From Bdellovibrionota bacterium (lineage in GTDB: Bacteria; Bdellovibrionota_C; UBA2361; OMII01), in assembly GCA_044356215.1 (NCBI GenBank), contig JBIKWQ010000044.1, positions 1 to 28,684 of the forward strand: a stretch of DNA of 28,684 bases. Reading direction: 5' to 3'. Position 1 is the first letter of the stretch, and each line of letters begins with the position of its first letter. Under the pieces are notes generated by a model. It made no database searches, was not told the DNA's origin, and worked only from the letters and a program-made list of their open reading frames with translations. Positions 16,970 to 26,600 of the stretch are shown one piece after another. Position numbers and translations under genes: made by a program.

Positions 16970-19251
16970 TGTTTAGCACAGAGTTAGGTCTAACACTTGA
17001 GGCGGCTTTTAGGGAGGCAGCTTCACGACGGCACGTCTTCTTCTGTCTTGAGCACTTACTCTATGCGCTGACATACGACGAGCAGATTATTGAGATACTG
17101 CAGAAGGTGGGTGCGCAGATAACAACTCTAAGAAAAGATCTCGAGCAGTTCTTTGAACGCAACATGGAGGTAGTTCCACCTCAAGGTAGTCCCACACACG
17201 GACATCAAGGTTTCATCGCTGAGCCAACCCAGACACCAGCAGTTCAGCGAGTTCTGCAGAAAGCCATACTGCATGTTCGTTCAGCACAGAAAGATATTAT
17301 CACCCCAGCAGAGGTTTTAGTCGCGATCTTTTCAGAGGAGGACTCTCACGCGGTTTATTTCCTGGCTAAGCAGGGAGTCAGCAAATTAGATGTTTTAAAC
17401 TATATCGCGCATGGAGTCTCAAAAAGCGATGGCGAGAGTGAAGACCGACTCGCTAGGGATTTTGATGAGGAGCTAGGTGAGACGAGTGACGAGGAGTCGG
17501 GGACGAGACAGGGCTCTGCTTTATCGATGTTTACCGAGGATATTACGGCGCAAGCGCGAGCTGGAAAGCTTGACCCTGTAATCGGGCGTGAGGAGGAGAT
17601 CTCACGAACAATTAAGATCCTCTGTCGCCGACAGAAAAATAACCCGCTCTTTTTAGGAGAGCCAGGGGTCGGTAAAACCGCGATGGCTCACGCGATAGCG
17701 TCACGCATCGTCGCTGATGAAGTTCCAGAGCATCTCTCAGGCGCTGAGTTGTTCCTTCTTAATATGGGAAACCTAGTAGCGGGAACAAAATTTCGCGGAG
17801 AGTTTGAGGAGAGGATACGAAAAGTAATCACAGAGGTAACTAAGAGACCAAAAGCTATCCTCTTTATCGACGAGATTCATACGGTAGTAGGCGCCGGAGC
17901 TACAGGAAATGGTTCACTAGACGCGGCGAATCTACTTAAGCCAGCTTTAGCTTCAGGCGCTATCCGCTGCATGGGAAGCACAACTCACGCCGATTACAAA
18001 AAGAGTATCGAGAAAGATCGTGCCTTAAGTAGGCGCTTCTCTACTGTAGATCTCCCTGAGCCGACAATAGATCAGACAGTAACTATCCTTGAGGGGCTAA
18101 AAGCGAAATTTGAGGATTACCACAAGGTAACTTTTTCACCTAAAGCGTTAAGAGCCGCCGCGGAGCTCTCAGCGAAGTATATAAATGAGCGATTTTTACC
18201 CGATAAAGCGATCGATCTAATCGATGAAGCTGGAGCCGCAAACGCGCTCTTACCCAAAAATAAGCGCAAGAAAACTATTACAGAGGAGCAGATCGAGTCA
18301 GTTGTCTCGGCGATAGCGCGCGTTCCAGTTAAGAGTGTTAGCGCCGGAGATGAAGAGCTTTTAAGAAATCTTGAGGGTAACTTAAAGAAACGGGTCTTTG
18401 GACAGGACAAGGCAGTAGAAGCGATCGCTCGCGCTATCAAACGTAGCCGAGCCAGCCTGCAATCGATGGCGAAGCCAGTAGGTAGCTTTCTATTCGCGGG
18501 TCCGACCGGGGTAGGTAAGACAGAGCTAGCGCGCGCGCTGGCGCTCGAGCTAGGGGTAAATTTTGCTCGATACGATATGAGTGAGTTTCACGACAAGCAT
18601 CTAGTGTCCCGTTTTACTGGAGCTCCTCCGGGGTATGTCGGTTACGAAGAGGGCGGGCTCCTGGTTGATCAGGTTCGCAAGAATCCTCACGGTGTGATCC
18701 TCTTTGATGAGATCGAGAAGGCACATCCGGATGTCTTTAATATCTTCTTACAGATTATGGATGACGCGGCGATAACCGACTCTCAAGGACGCAAAGCGGA
18801 TTTTAGAAACATTATCGTTATCTTCACAACCAACGCCGGTTCTGAAAAGGCGGCGGCCTTAGGGTTTGGAGGCGCTAGAAACAATGATTTCAGGGACACA
18901 GCGGTAAAATCGCTCTTTAAGCCTGAGTTTAGAAACCGTCTCGACGACACGATCTATTTTAGTGCGCTGCCGTTAGAGGTGATCGTGATGATCGTAAGTA
19001 AGTTTATCAAAGAGCTTGAGAGCCAGTTAAGTGAGCGCGCGATAACATTTGATGTAAGCCAAGAAGCTAAAGAGTGGCTGGCCAAGAAGGGATTTGATCC
19101 GGTCTTTGGAGCGAGGCCGATGGCTAGGTTGATTCAGAAAGAGTTAAAAGATCCCCTGGCTGATGAGATCCTCTTTGGAAAGCTCAAAAACGGCGGTAAG
19201 GTGAGGATCTCGGTGGATAAAGAGCAGCTAAGATTTGAGGTGGGGGTATAG
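16969..19251 (+). CDS. clpA: ATP-dependent Clp protease ATP-binding subunit ClpA (760 aa)
   Basis: N-domain LEHLL, Walker A GEPGVGKT and [19 protein letters not shown] pore loop, LGF ClpP-docking loop, no ClpB middle domain. Coupled to clpS by TGATG. Confidence 0.95.
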   Translation: MFSTELGLTLEAAFREAASRRHVFFCLEHLLYALTYDEQIIEILQKVGAQITTLRKDLEQFFERNMEVVPPQGSPTHGHQGFIAEPTQTPAVQRVLQKAILHVRSAQKDIITPAEVLVAIFSEEDSHAVYFLAKQGVSKLDVLNYIAHGVSKSDGESEDRLARDFDEELGETSDEESGTRQGSALSMFTEDITAQARAGKLDPVIGREEEISRTIKILCRRQKNNPLFLGEPGVGKTAMAHAIASRIVADEVPEHLSGAELFLLNMGNLVAGTKFRGEFEERIRKVITEVTKRPKAILFIDEIHTVVGAGATGNGSLDAANLLKPALASGAIRCMGSTTHADYKKSIEKDRALSRRFSTVDLPEPTIDQTVTILEGLKAKFEDYHKVTFSPKALRAAAELSAKYINERFLPDKAIDLIDEAGAANALLPKNKRKKTITEEQIESVVSAIARVPVKSVSAGDEELLRNLEGNLKKRVFGQDKAVEAIARAIKRSRASLQSMAKPVGSFLFAGPTGVGKTELARALALELGVNFARYDMSEFHDKHLVSRFTGAPPGYVGYEEGGLLVDQVRKNPHGVILFDEIEKAHPDVFNIFLQIMDDAAITDSQGRKADFRNIIVIFTTNAGSEKAAALGFGGARNNDFRDTAVKSLFKPEFRNRLDDTIYFSALPLEVIVMIVSKFIKELESQLSERAITFDVSQEAKEWLAKKGFDPVFGARPMARLIQKELKDPLADEILFGKLKNGGKVRISVDKEQLRFEVGV

Positions 19252-19263
19252 GCCAAAGCAAAA

Positions 19264-20511
19264 ATGTCACTAGATTCAGACATAATAGGTTTTATCAAAG
19301 AAGATGTTGTTAAACGGTTTATCCGCTACGCAAAGATTCATACAACATCAGACCCCAATTCTGATTCCAAGCCCAGCTCAAGTAATCAACACGATCTCTT
19401 AAAGCTTTTAGCGGCTGAGTTAAACGAGCTTGGGTTGCACGATGTGCGCCACGACCAAAATGGGTTCGTCTACGCGACACTCTTGCCTGCTAATAATACC
19501 ATAGCTCCCCTATCTTCGGCGTTTGGTTTGATGGCCCACGTTGATACATCTCCTGATCAGGATGGTCAGGGTGTAAAGCCGCTCTTAAGAGAGAGCTATG
19601 ATGGTGGTGAGCTCTCATTTCCGGATGATTCACAATTAACTTTATCGCCTAAAGACTCGCCTGAGCTTCTTCATTTTTTGGGTGATACGATCATTACAGC
19701 TTCAGGGAAAACACTCCTTGGAGCTGATGATAAAGCAGGCGTTGCTGAGATAGTGACAGCGGTCGCCGCCTTTAGAAAATTTCCTAAGCTTACTCACGGA
19801 CGGATCGAGATCTGTTTTACAAGTGACGAAGAGGTTGGTCGGGGAGTTGAGGGGATCGATCAGAGTCGTTTGCCGCCGTATCTCTATACGATGGATGGGG
19901 GTTACCCGGGAACGCTTGAGAATGAGTGTTTTGATGCTATTAGTGTTAAGGTCGAGTTTCAGGGAATCGGAGTGCATCCGGGATACGCCTACGGAAAGAT
20001 GGTCAACGCGATCTTGGCGGCTGCTAGCTTTGCTGCAGTCCTGCCTAAGTCTGAGAGGCCTGAAACAACAAGAGATCGTGAGGGATTTTTTCACCTTACT
20101 TCGATTGAGGGGACAAATGAATTCGCGATAGCTAGGTTGATACTAAGAGATTACGATCATCAAAAAAATGCCAAGCGTTTGGATCTAGTTAAAGAGATGG
20201 CTACCAAGGTAGAGCGCGAGTATCCAGGGCTTAAGATAGCAGTCACTCATACAAAGCAGTATGAGAATATGGGTGAGGTTTTAGCTCGTAATCCAGAGGT
20301 TGTTGAGCGCGCTAAGCGCGCCATTGAGGCTAGTGGCCTAAAGGTTAAAGAAAAGGCGATCCGCGGGGGCACCGATGGAAGTCGTCTCTGCGCGATGGGG
20401 TATCCAACTCCAAATATCTTCGCTGGTGGAATGCTCTTTCACTCAAGGCGTGAATGGATAGCGGTTTCAGCGTTTACTAAGGCGGTGGAGACTATACTAC
20501 ATCTGGTGTAA
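19264..20511 (+). CDS. pepT: Peptidase T (M20 tripeptidase)
   Basis: AHVDTSPD, LLGADDKAG, DEEVGRG, YTMDGG, HPGYA.GKMVNA, IRGGTDG and FHS..EW. Confidence 0.94.
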   Translation: MSLDSDIIGFIKEDVVKRFIRYAKIHTTSDPNSDSKPSSSNQHDLLKLLAAELNELGLHDVRHDQNGFVYATLLPANNTIAPLSSAFGLMAHVDTSPDQDGQGVKPLLRESYDGGELSFPDDSQLTLSPKDSPELLHFLGDTIITASGKTLLGADDKAGVAEIVTAVAAFRKFPKLTHGRIEICFTSDEEVGRGVEGIDQSRLPPYLYTMDGGYPGTLENECFDAISVKVEFQGIGVHPGYAYGKMVNAILAAASFAAVLPKSERPETTRDREGFFHLTSIEGTNEFAIARLILRDYDHQKNAKRLDLVKEMATKVEREYPGLKIAVTHTKQYENMGEVLARNPEVVERAKRAIEASGLKVKEKAIRGGTDGSRLCAMGYPTPNIFAGGMLFHSRREWIAVSAFTKAVETILHLV

Positions 20512-20513
20512 CC

Positions 20514-20536
20514 CTGGGGATCCAAGCCCCAGTTGT
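20514..20536 (+). terminator. Possible terminator hairpin after pepT
   Basis: CTGGGG-N7-CCCCAG followed by only a weak T tract. Confidence 0.35.
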
Positions 20537-20604
20537 CTAGTTCGCTTAAAGGGTTATCGCCATCAGTTTGAGAATCCCCGATCTGTGAGAGCCTGTCTCT
20601 TCAA

Positions 20605-20767
20605 CAGGGCATAGCGGTGTTTTAGGTCACCTGCCGAGATAATTAATGAAGTATTTTTACCACAGAGGACGCAGAGGACACAGGGAAAACTCCGTAATTG
20701 CCAATAAAATGGCCTATTCTCTGTGTCCTCTGCGTCCTCTGTGGTGATAAAGATCTGCGACGCCCTG
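20605..20767 (-). mobile_element. MITE-like repeat, copy C (163 bp, inverted relative to A and B)
   Basis: Perfect 25-bp stem ACCACAGAGGACGCAGAGGACACAG (20659-20683)/20721-20745. Ends CAGGGC...GCCCTG. Flanks TCTCTTCAA and TCGCTGCAA match at 7 of 9 positions. Confidence 0.85.
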
Positions 20768-20789
20768 TCGCTGCAACAGGAGGCGAGGT

Positions 20790-21359
20790 ATGAACGGCCC
20801 AAGTCAAGAAATCAATAGTCGAGATGCTGGCCGCTCTTTAGCGGAAGAGTATCTATTCACACGGGGTATACGGGAGAGAGAGAGCAGAAGGGCAAAGATT
20901 CCGAGACGACATATCGAGCCACCGCTAACAGAGCATCATGCGGTCTTGTCTCAAAGCGTGGTGTCATTTACTAGGATGGCGCGAAACTCGCTGAAGCTAC
21001 TAGCCGGCGCGCGGATAGGCACCTTACCGCCTCGGATGCTTTATCGCTTAGCATCACTTGGAGAGAGCTATCGCGTGCGACAGAAAAGCGATCCAGTTTT
21101 GCTAGCTAAAGGAACAGAGAGAGGAGAATTGCTCATTATAGCCCCGAAGGAACAACGCGATCGCTTAAAACAGGTATTGCTAGTTGATAAGAGAACGCGA
21201 GTGGAGCTGGAGTCTGGTCAGCGCCGCTCCGAAGGAGAGTGGAGCTTCAAGATAGGTCGATGGCAGATCCCATTTAGCGCGCGAGTTGTCTTAATATATG
21301 GCGATGGGATGAAGTGGCAGATACCACTTCGTAGCCTGAAGATACGGCCTCACATTTAG
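20790..21359 (+). CDS. Basic hypothetical protein (189 aa)
   Basis: AGGAGG/GAGG RBS and ATG start; Arg-rich; no recognised family. Confidence 0.65.
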   Translation: MNGPSQEINSRDAGRSLAEEYLFTRGIRERESRRAKIPRRHIEPPLTEHHAVLSQSVVSFTRMARNSLKLLAGARIGTLPPRMLYRLASLGESYRVRQKSDPVLLAKGTERGELLIIAPKEQRDRLKQVLLVDKRTRVELESGQRRSEGEWSFKIGRWQIPFSARVVLIYGDGMKWQIPLRSLKIRPHI

Positions 21360-21378
21360 GCGGGCCGTTATTCGGACC

Positions 21379-21400
21379 GCGGCGCACCCGCGCCGCATTT
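21379..21400 (+). terminator. GC-rich hairpin, possible terminator
   Basis: GCGGCGC-ACCC-GCGCCGC then ATTT, about 20 nt after the stop at 21359. Confidence 0.45.
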
Positions 21401-21453
21401 GGCAGATGTTAGATGTCGTGAGACGCATGTCATCTCACGTTAATTACACCCCC

Positions 21454-21487
21454 TTGCCCTCAAGCAAACTCCTAACTAGAGTTTGCT
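21454..21487 (+). promoter_or_regulatory. Putative promoter TTGCCC-N17-TAGAGT with overlapping 9-7-9 inverted repeat
   Basis: -35 at 21454-21459, -10 at 21477-21482, GTG 6 nt later. AGCAAACTC (21463-21471)/GAGTTTGCT (21479-21487). Confidence 0.6.
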
Positions 21488-21488
21488 A

Positions 21489-22493
21489 GTGCACATAAAT
21501 AACGCCGCGCCACTTCTAACTTATACCCCCCTGGGGCTTTACTGCCCACCCGCGGACGTGTATCTGGACCCGATTAAACCGGTAAAAAAGGCCCTAATTA
21601 CGCATGCTCACGGAGATCACGCTAGGCCAGGCTCTGAGCGTTATTTAGCTCACCATATAACCGTCCCGCTTCTGCATCACCGATTGGGAACTCAAAGGTC
21701 ACAGGTAGAAGGTATCGAGTACGGAGCGACTAAGACGATTAACGGCGTAAGATTTACCTTCTATCCCGCTGGTCACGTTCCTGGATCCGCCCAGATCTTA
21801 GTCGAGAACCACGGAGAGCGCTGGGTTTTTAGTGGTGACTACAAAGTTGAGTCCGACGGGCTTTCAACCCCGATTGAGCCGGTTTCGTGCCACACATTTA
21901 TCTCAGAGTGCACCTTTGGATTACCGATCTTCTCGTGGCGCGCTCAAGCAAAAGTCTTCGCTGACATACACTCGTGGTGGGAAGAAAATCGCCAAGCAGG
22001 ATACGCATCAGTTCTCTTAGCCTATTCTCTCGGGAAAGCGCAGCGGATCGTAAAGAATCTAGATCTTACAAAGGGGCCCGTCGTGCTTCATCCCAATATA
22101 ACCGGAATAAATAAGGCGATAAATTTAGAGCTAGAGCTTTTAGATCTCACTAAAGAAAAAGATAAGACTAATTTGCGAGACGCGCTGCCCCTAGTTATAG
22201 CGCCCCCCGCTGTCTTAGGATCCCCATGGTTAAAACGTTTCGGCAAGGCAAGAACAGCGGCAGCGTCTGGCTGGATGACGATCTCTGGATTTAAGAGAAG
22301 AAGGGGAGTCGACACAGGTTTTGTTCTGTCAGACCATGCCGATTTTGAAGGTCTAAATAAGGTTATCTCGGCCACTGGAGCAAGAAAGATTTTACTGACA
22401 CACGGCTATACCGCCCCTTTTGGGCGGTGGTTATCCGAGAAGCACAGCGGCCTAGATGTAAGCGAGTTGGGAGCTGAGTTTGGTGTAGGGTAG
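21489..22493 (+). CDS. Ligase-associated DNA damage response exonuclease (MBL-fold/beta-CASP, 334 aa)
   Basis: GLYCP..D.YLDP..PV..ALITHAHGDHARPG, PAGHVPGSAQI, SGDYK, FISECTFGLPIF.W, AYSLGKAQR, ASGWM, LSDHAD and THG. Confidence 0.9.
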   Translation: MHINNAAPLLTYTPLGLYCPPADVYLDPIKPVKKALITHAHGDHARPGSERYLAHHITVPLLHHRLGTQRSQVEGIEYGATKTINGVRFTFYPAGHVPGSAQILVENHGERWVFSGDYKVESDGLSTPIEPVSCHTFISECTFGLPIFSWRAQAKVFADIHSWWEENRQAGYASVLLAYSLGKAQRIVKNLDLTKGPVVLHPNITGINKAINLELELLDLTKEKDKTNLRDALPLVIAPPAVLGSPWLKRFGKARTAAASGWMTISGFKRRRGVDTGFVLSDHADFEGLNKVISATGARKILLTHGYTAPFGRWLSEKHSGLDVSELGAEFGVG

Positions 22494-22866
22494 CTACTCA
22501 CCGGATTTTTTGGATCGTTGCCGTAATATCATCGCTAATTTGTTAAGTAGTCACGACTTGGGAATGTAATCACCCGCAGCTCTAGACGAATACATCAAGT
22601 GAATTCGATAGCGAAGATACAAAATTCTCCTAATCAATACTATGAATCTCGATGAGCGATTAGGATTTAGCGATGAGGGATTCAGCTACGCGCCTCTTCA
22701 AACGCTCTATCTATCGCTTTTATCGACGCGCCTGACTCAACCTCTTAAGTTTCCGTAGATAATGTCGATCTACTAAGTGAGCAGGAGTCTATCTTTGGCC
22801 ATTACCGCGGTGATTAAAGTATTGAGCATACGCGTCTTCGGGTTCGGCGATTCGCCTGATGGGGGG

Positions 22867-23658
22867 ATGTGTTTGGCTCGCGCTCTAGGATTATCTCTTC
22901 TCCTTATAGCTTCGTTTATCTTGTCGATTTCGCGGCCATCATGGGCGCAAACATCTCTTATCGGTACAGGCGCGAACAACGATGAGATGGCGGGATATGC
23001 GATTAGTCAGAACGGTTCTTCGATAGTGATCGAATCAGTTGGTCAGATCGTTCCAACAGGAAAAGTGGGGCATCTCCTTGGTCGTTTCATCGGAGGTCAG
23101 GAGAGAGAGTTAATTAAAGTGCGTAAGATAAGACGCGACACTCTGCTTTTTGAGGCGACTGGTAAAAATGGCGAGAGGCTTATTAGGAGGGTCAGACTAT
23201 CGAACGAGGTTGGACAGGTTTATTACTTACTCACAGGATTCAATATCAGCGGTGATGATTCTGATGATGTTGCGATTATTGATGTGACAGGAACCTTCTA
23301 TCGATGGTCGATCATACAGGATCCGATGAAGGCATCAGCGAGAGAGATAAAATCATTTAGATTTGGACTCTCGGGAGACCGAGTTGAATGGCATCTATCA
23401 CCGAATAGGGAGATCGTCTTCAGCTCAGTCAGGCAGACTATAAATAGCGGAAAGGTGCGAGCTCTATTGAGGAACAGCGCTACGAGGGAGATCAATGTTT
23501 TAAGATCTAGGTGGAAGCGGCCGATTGGATTGCTTATTCCTCTTCGATTGCGGGATAGTTTCAATCATGATCCGGGTATAGCGCTCTATTCCCCAGCAAA
23601 GAAAACCGTGTTGAGATTTGACGGACAAGGGGGGATTTGTAAATTACGCGATTCCTAA
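22867..23658 (+). CDS. Exported protein (263 aa); probably the 5' part of the frameshifted giant surface protein
   Basis: Signal peptide MCLARALGLSLLLIASFILSISRPSWA and a DxSGDDxDD-like loop. Overlaps the next ORF by 41 nt in the +1 frame. Confidence 0.7.
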   Translation: MCLARALGLSLLLIASFILSISRPSWAQTSLIGTGANNDEMAGYAISQNGSSIVIESVGQIVPTGKVGHLLGRFIGGQERELIKVRKIRRDTLLFEATGKNGERLIRRVRLSNEVGQVYYLLTGFNISGDDSDDVAIIDVTGTFYRWSIIQDPMKASAREIKSFRFGLSGDRVEWHLSPNREIVFSSVRQTINSGKVRALLRNSATREINVLRSRWKRPIGLLIPLRLRDSFNHDPGIALYSPAKKTVLRFDGQGGICKLRDS

Positions 23659-26600
23659 ACAGCGATGTGAGGGATTCCAAGCGGTGACGAATATAGATTC
23701 TCAAGGGAGGGTTTCAGCGATTGAGGTTTGCTCTGATGGCTCTTATGTTTTAGCGCGTAGGAATGATAAGCAAGACGATAAGGATTTAGACGATGTAATT
23801 GAATCGGGGGCATTACCGGAAAAGCTTCAAAATCTGCGGCGTGGCGACATGACGACGATGCGCGACCAGGTAGGAGAGGCTCCAGTACCTATCGTCGCTC
23901 CAGGAAGTGACGGGTCTGATGTGTTGGCACCGTTGCCATCGGCACCCGCTCGACAAGTGACTCCTACGCCAACTAGGCCGGCCGATCAAACGCCGGCTGA
24001 TTCGCCAACACCTGAAGCTACCCCGACAGAGACTCCGACCCCGACATCCACTCCTATCCCAACGCCATTTGTCTGCACGATAGATACGACGAAGACCTCG
24101 ACCGGCTCGACGAATTCAGACCAATTCAAATTACCGCTTATCCCCGGGGGCTCCTATAACTTTAGAGTTTCATGGGGAGATGGAACTGAGAGTATCGTTA
24201 CATCTTACGATGACGTAGACATTACTCATACCTACTCATCCCCGGGGGAGTACGCAGTCTCAGTGTATGGCCAGCTTCATGGTTTTAGATTTGATAACAC
24301 AGGAGATCGGCTCAAGCTGCTCGATATTAGCCAGTGGGGTAATGGGTTTAGGTTCGCGAATACTAGCGCAATGGCGACCAAGTATCCGTTGAGCGCTTCT
24401 GAAGAGAAAATAGAAGTACTTTTGGCGCATGCTGGGTTTATCTGGGCGGGAACAGACACAACGCCGGCCAAGATAATAAAATTTGACCCCACTAATGTCA
24501 GCTATAGCGTGACCACGCTGGAAAGCGATGAAGGGCGGGTGTATGCGATGGTTACAGACGGCGCCTACATTTACGCGACGGATTGGGACGCGTCTAGTAG
24601 GATTATAAAAATTGACCCCACAACAGGAGCTAGAATAGGGGGATACGAAACAGGGGTTGGTAGTCTTTTCGCCATGACTTTTGATGGTGAATATATTTGG
24701 GCAGGTAGTAACTCAGGTTCTCCAAAGCTTGTGCGATTTAATCCTACTGATGCTTCGATAGTAGTTTATGATCTAAATGGAACGGATGGCAGCTGGTCGG
24801 TAGTATCAGTCGGTAATTTCATTTTTGGAGTGAACGGTTCAAAGCTATACAGATTTAATAAGACATCATCAGCGGTTGATACAGTCGCGATTGCTGGGGC
24901 GGCATCGGTAGAGGGGCTAGCCTATGATGGGGTCAGTCTATGGGTATCAACCGAAGAGACCCCAGCCAAGTTGCTTAAGTTTAACACGCAGACACTTTCA
25001 TATGAGATATTCGCGATGCCAACTACGGCGAATAGCTCTGAAGGCATGATCTATGACGGTGAGTACCTCTGGGCTACCATAAAAAACGCCGAGGTCGCGT
25101 CACTTCTGAAGATTCCACCGAATGATCCTGGGTCGGCGACAATTGTGCCTCTGTCGACAGACTTTGCAAAGGTAAACGCGTTAGCGGTATCCGGTTCGAC
25201 GATTTGGGGAGGAGAGCTTGGCTCTCCGGCGGCTCTCTATAAGATCTCCAAAGCCGCCTGGCCCTCTGACTCATTCTTTTACGGCTGCGCCAATATGACT
25301 GTATCCGCGGCAGACACCCCGGATATGACTGGGGTGACATCGATGCGGAACTCGTTTAGGGACTGCACGAGCTTTAATAGTGATATCGGGAACTGGGATG
25401 TCAGTGCCTCGACGGATTTCTCAGGAGCGTTTCAAGCCGCGGAAAGCTTTAACAACGGAGGAGCCCCACTAATAACTCTGTACGAGCCAGGTCCGTTCGG
25501 CGGAGTGGCGGCGGGGTCTAAGCTCTATGTATCATCGGGGATAGTTGATGGGGTTAGATATCCAGCGCTCAGCCAAGGAGCTTTTAATTTCGTTTCGTTC
25601 TATCATGGTCAATCCACGATCAGTGGAGTAAGAAGCCAGAGTGGGAAAATCTTACTAGGATATAATGCTGATTTTCCGAACCTTACTCGAGTAAGGCTAT
25701 CGACAACCGGCGCACTACCTGGCGGTCTTGTTGCCGGCACTGATTATTGGGTCATACGTCAGCAATATTATAGCGATTCGGTTCGCTCGCCAGCCGGCCT
25801 TCTAGCGACCTCTCTGGCGAACGCAGAGAATGGTATCGCGATTAGCTATTCTTCAGTTGGCAGCGGAACTCATACAATTACCAGCGCTGAGGATGTGGGG
25901 TGGGCGCAGAGTTCGCCCCATACTCAATACTGGACAAAGGCGTACGATGATGGGACTACTATGCTACGTATCCCAACAGGATCGTGGGCGAACGTATGGT
26001 TCTACAGAAATAGAAATCCGGCCGACCGAGCAATTTATTACGTCGCGGGTAACGGGTCTTACGCGAATCGGCAGGGTGCTCTAGACGAGATAGAACGCGC
26101 GGATTTACCGGAATTTCTCTCCAGCAATTGTTTTCTCCTGGGAAAGGTGGCGCGTAAGCTAAGCGGATTTGAGGATTTCAAAGACTACGATGATAATATT
26201 ATCATCGAACCACCGGTTCCTCAGAGAAGCGTGGCCTTAACAGGATCATATCCCGGATCAGACTCAATAAAAAACTGGGTAGTTGGCGGTGGCAGAAGCT
26301 TCCGGGCAATCTTCGCTGGAGCCGTGGCGTTTAATCGAGCACTACTATGGGACGTAAGTAATTCCAGATCTTTTAACTCGGCGTTTTCATCGGCATTGTC
26401 GTTTAATCAGAATCTGCGCTTTTGGGATGTTCGAAACTCAAGTGACTTCAGCTTGATGTTTTACAACGCGATTAGTTTCAATAACGGTGATGACGATAAC
26501 ATCGCAACGGCACCAATTGTATGGAACACAACTAACGGGATCAATTTTGCAAGCATGTTTAATAGCGCGTATGCGTTCAATCAAAATGTAGCTTCTTGGG

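Noticed and set aside
20659..20745. Repeat-spacer-repeat pattern suggesting CRISPR
   Set aside because: The arms are inverted rather than direct, the loop is conserved between copies, and no cas genes are present.
22494..22866. Possible structured RNA upstream of the surface protein (TCATCGCTAA/TTAGCGATGA inverted pair)
   Set aside because: Only short scattered complementarity; no recognisable riboswitch or sRNA family.
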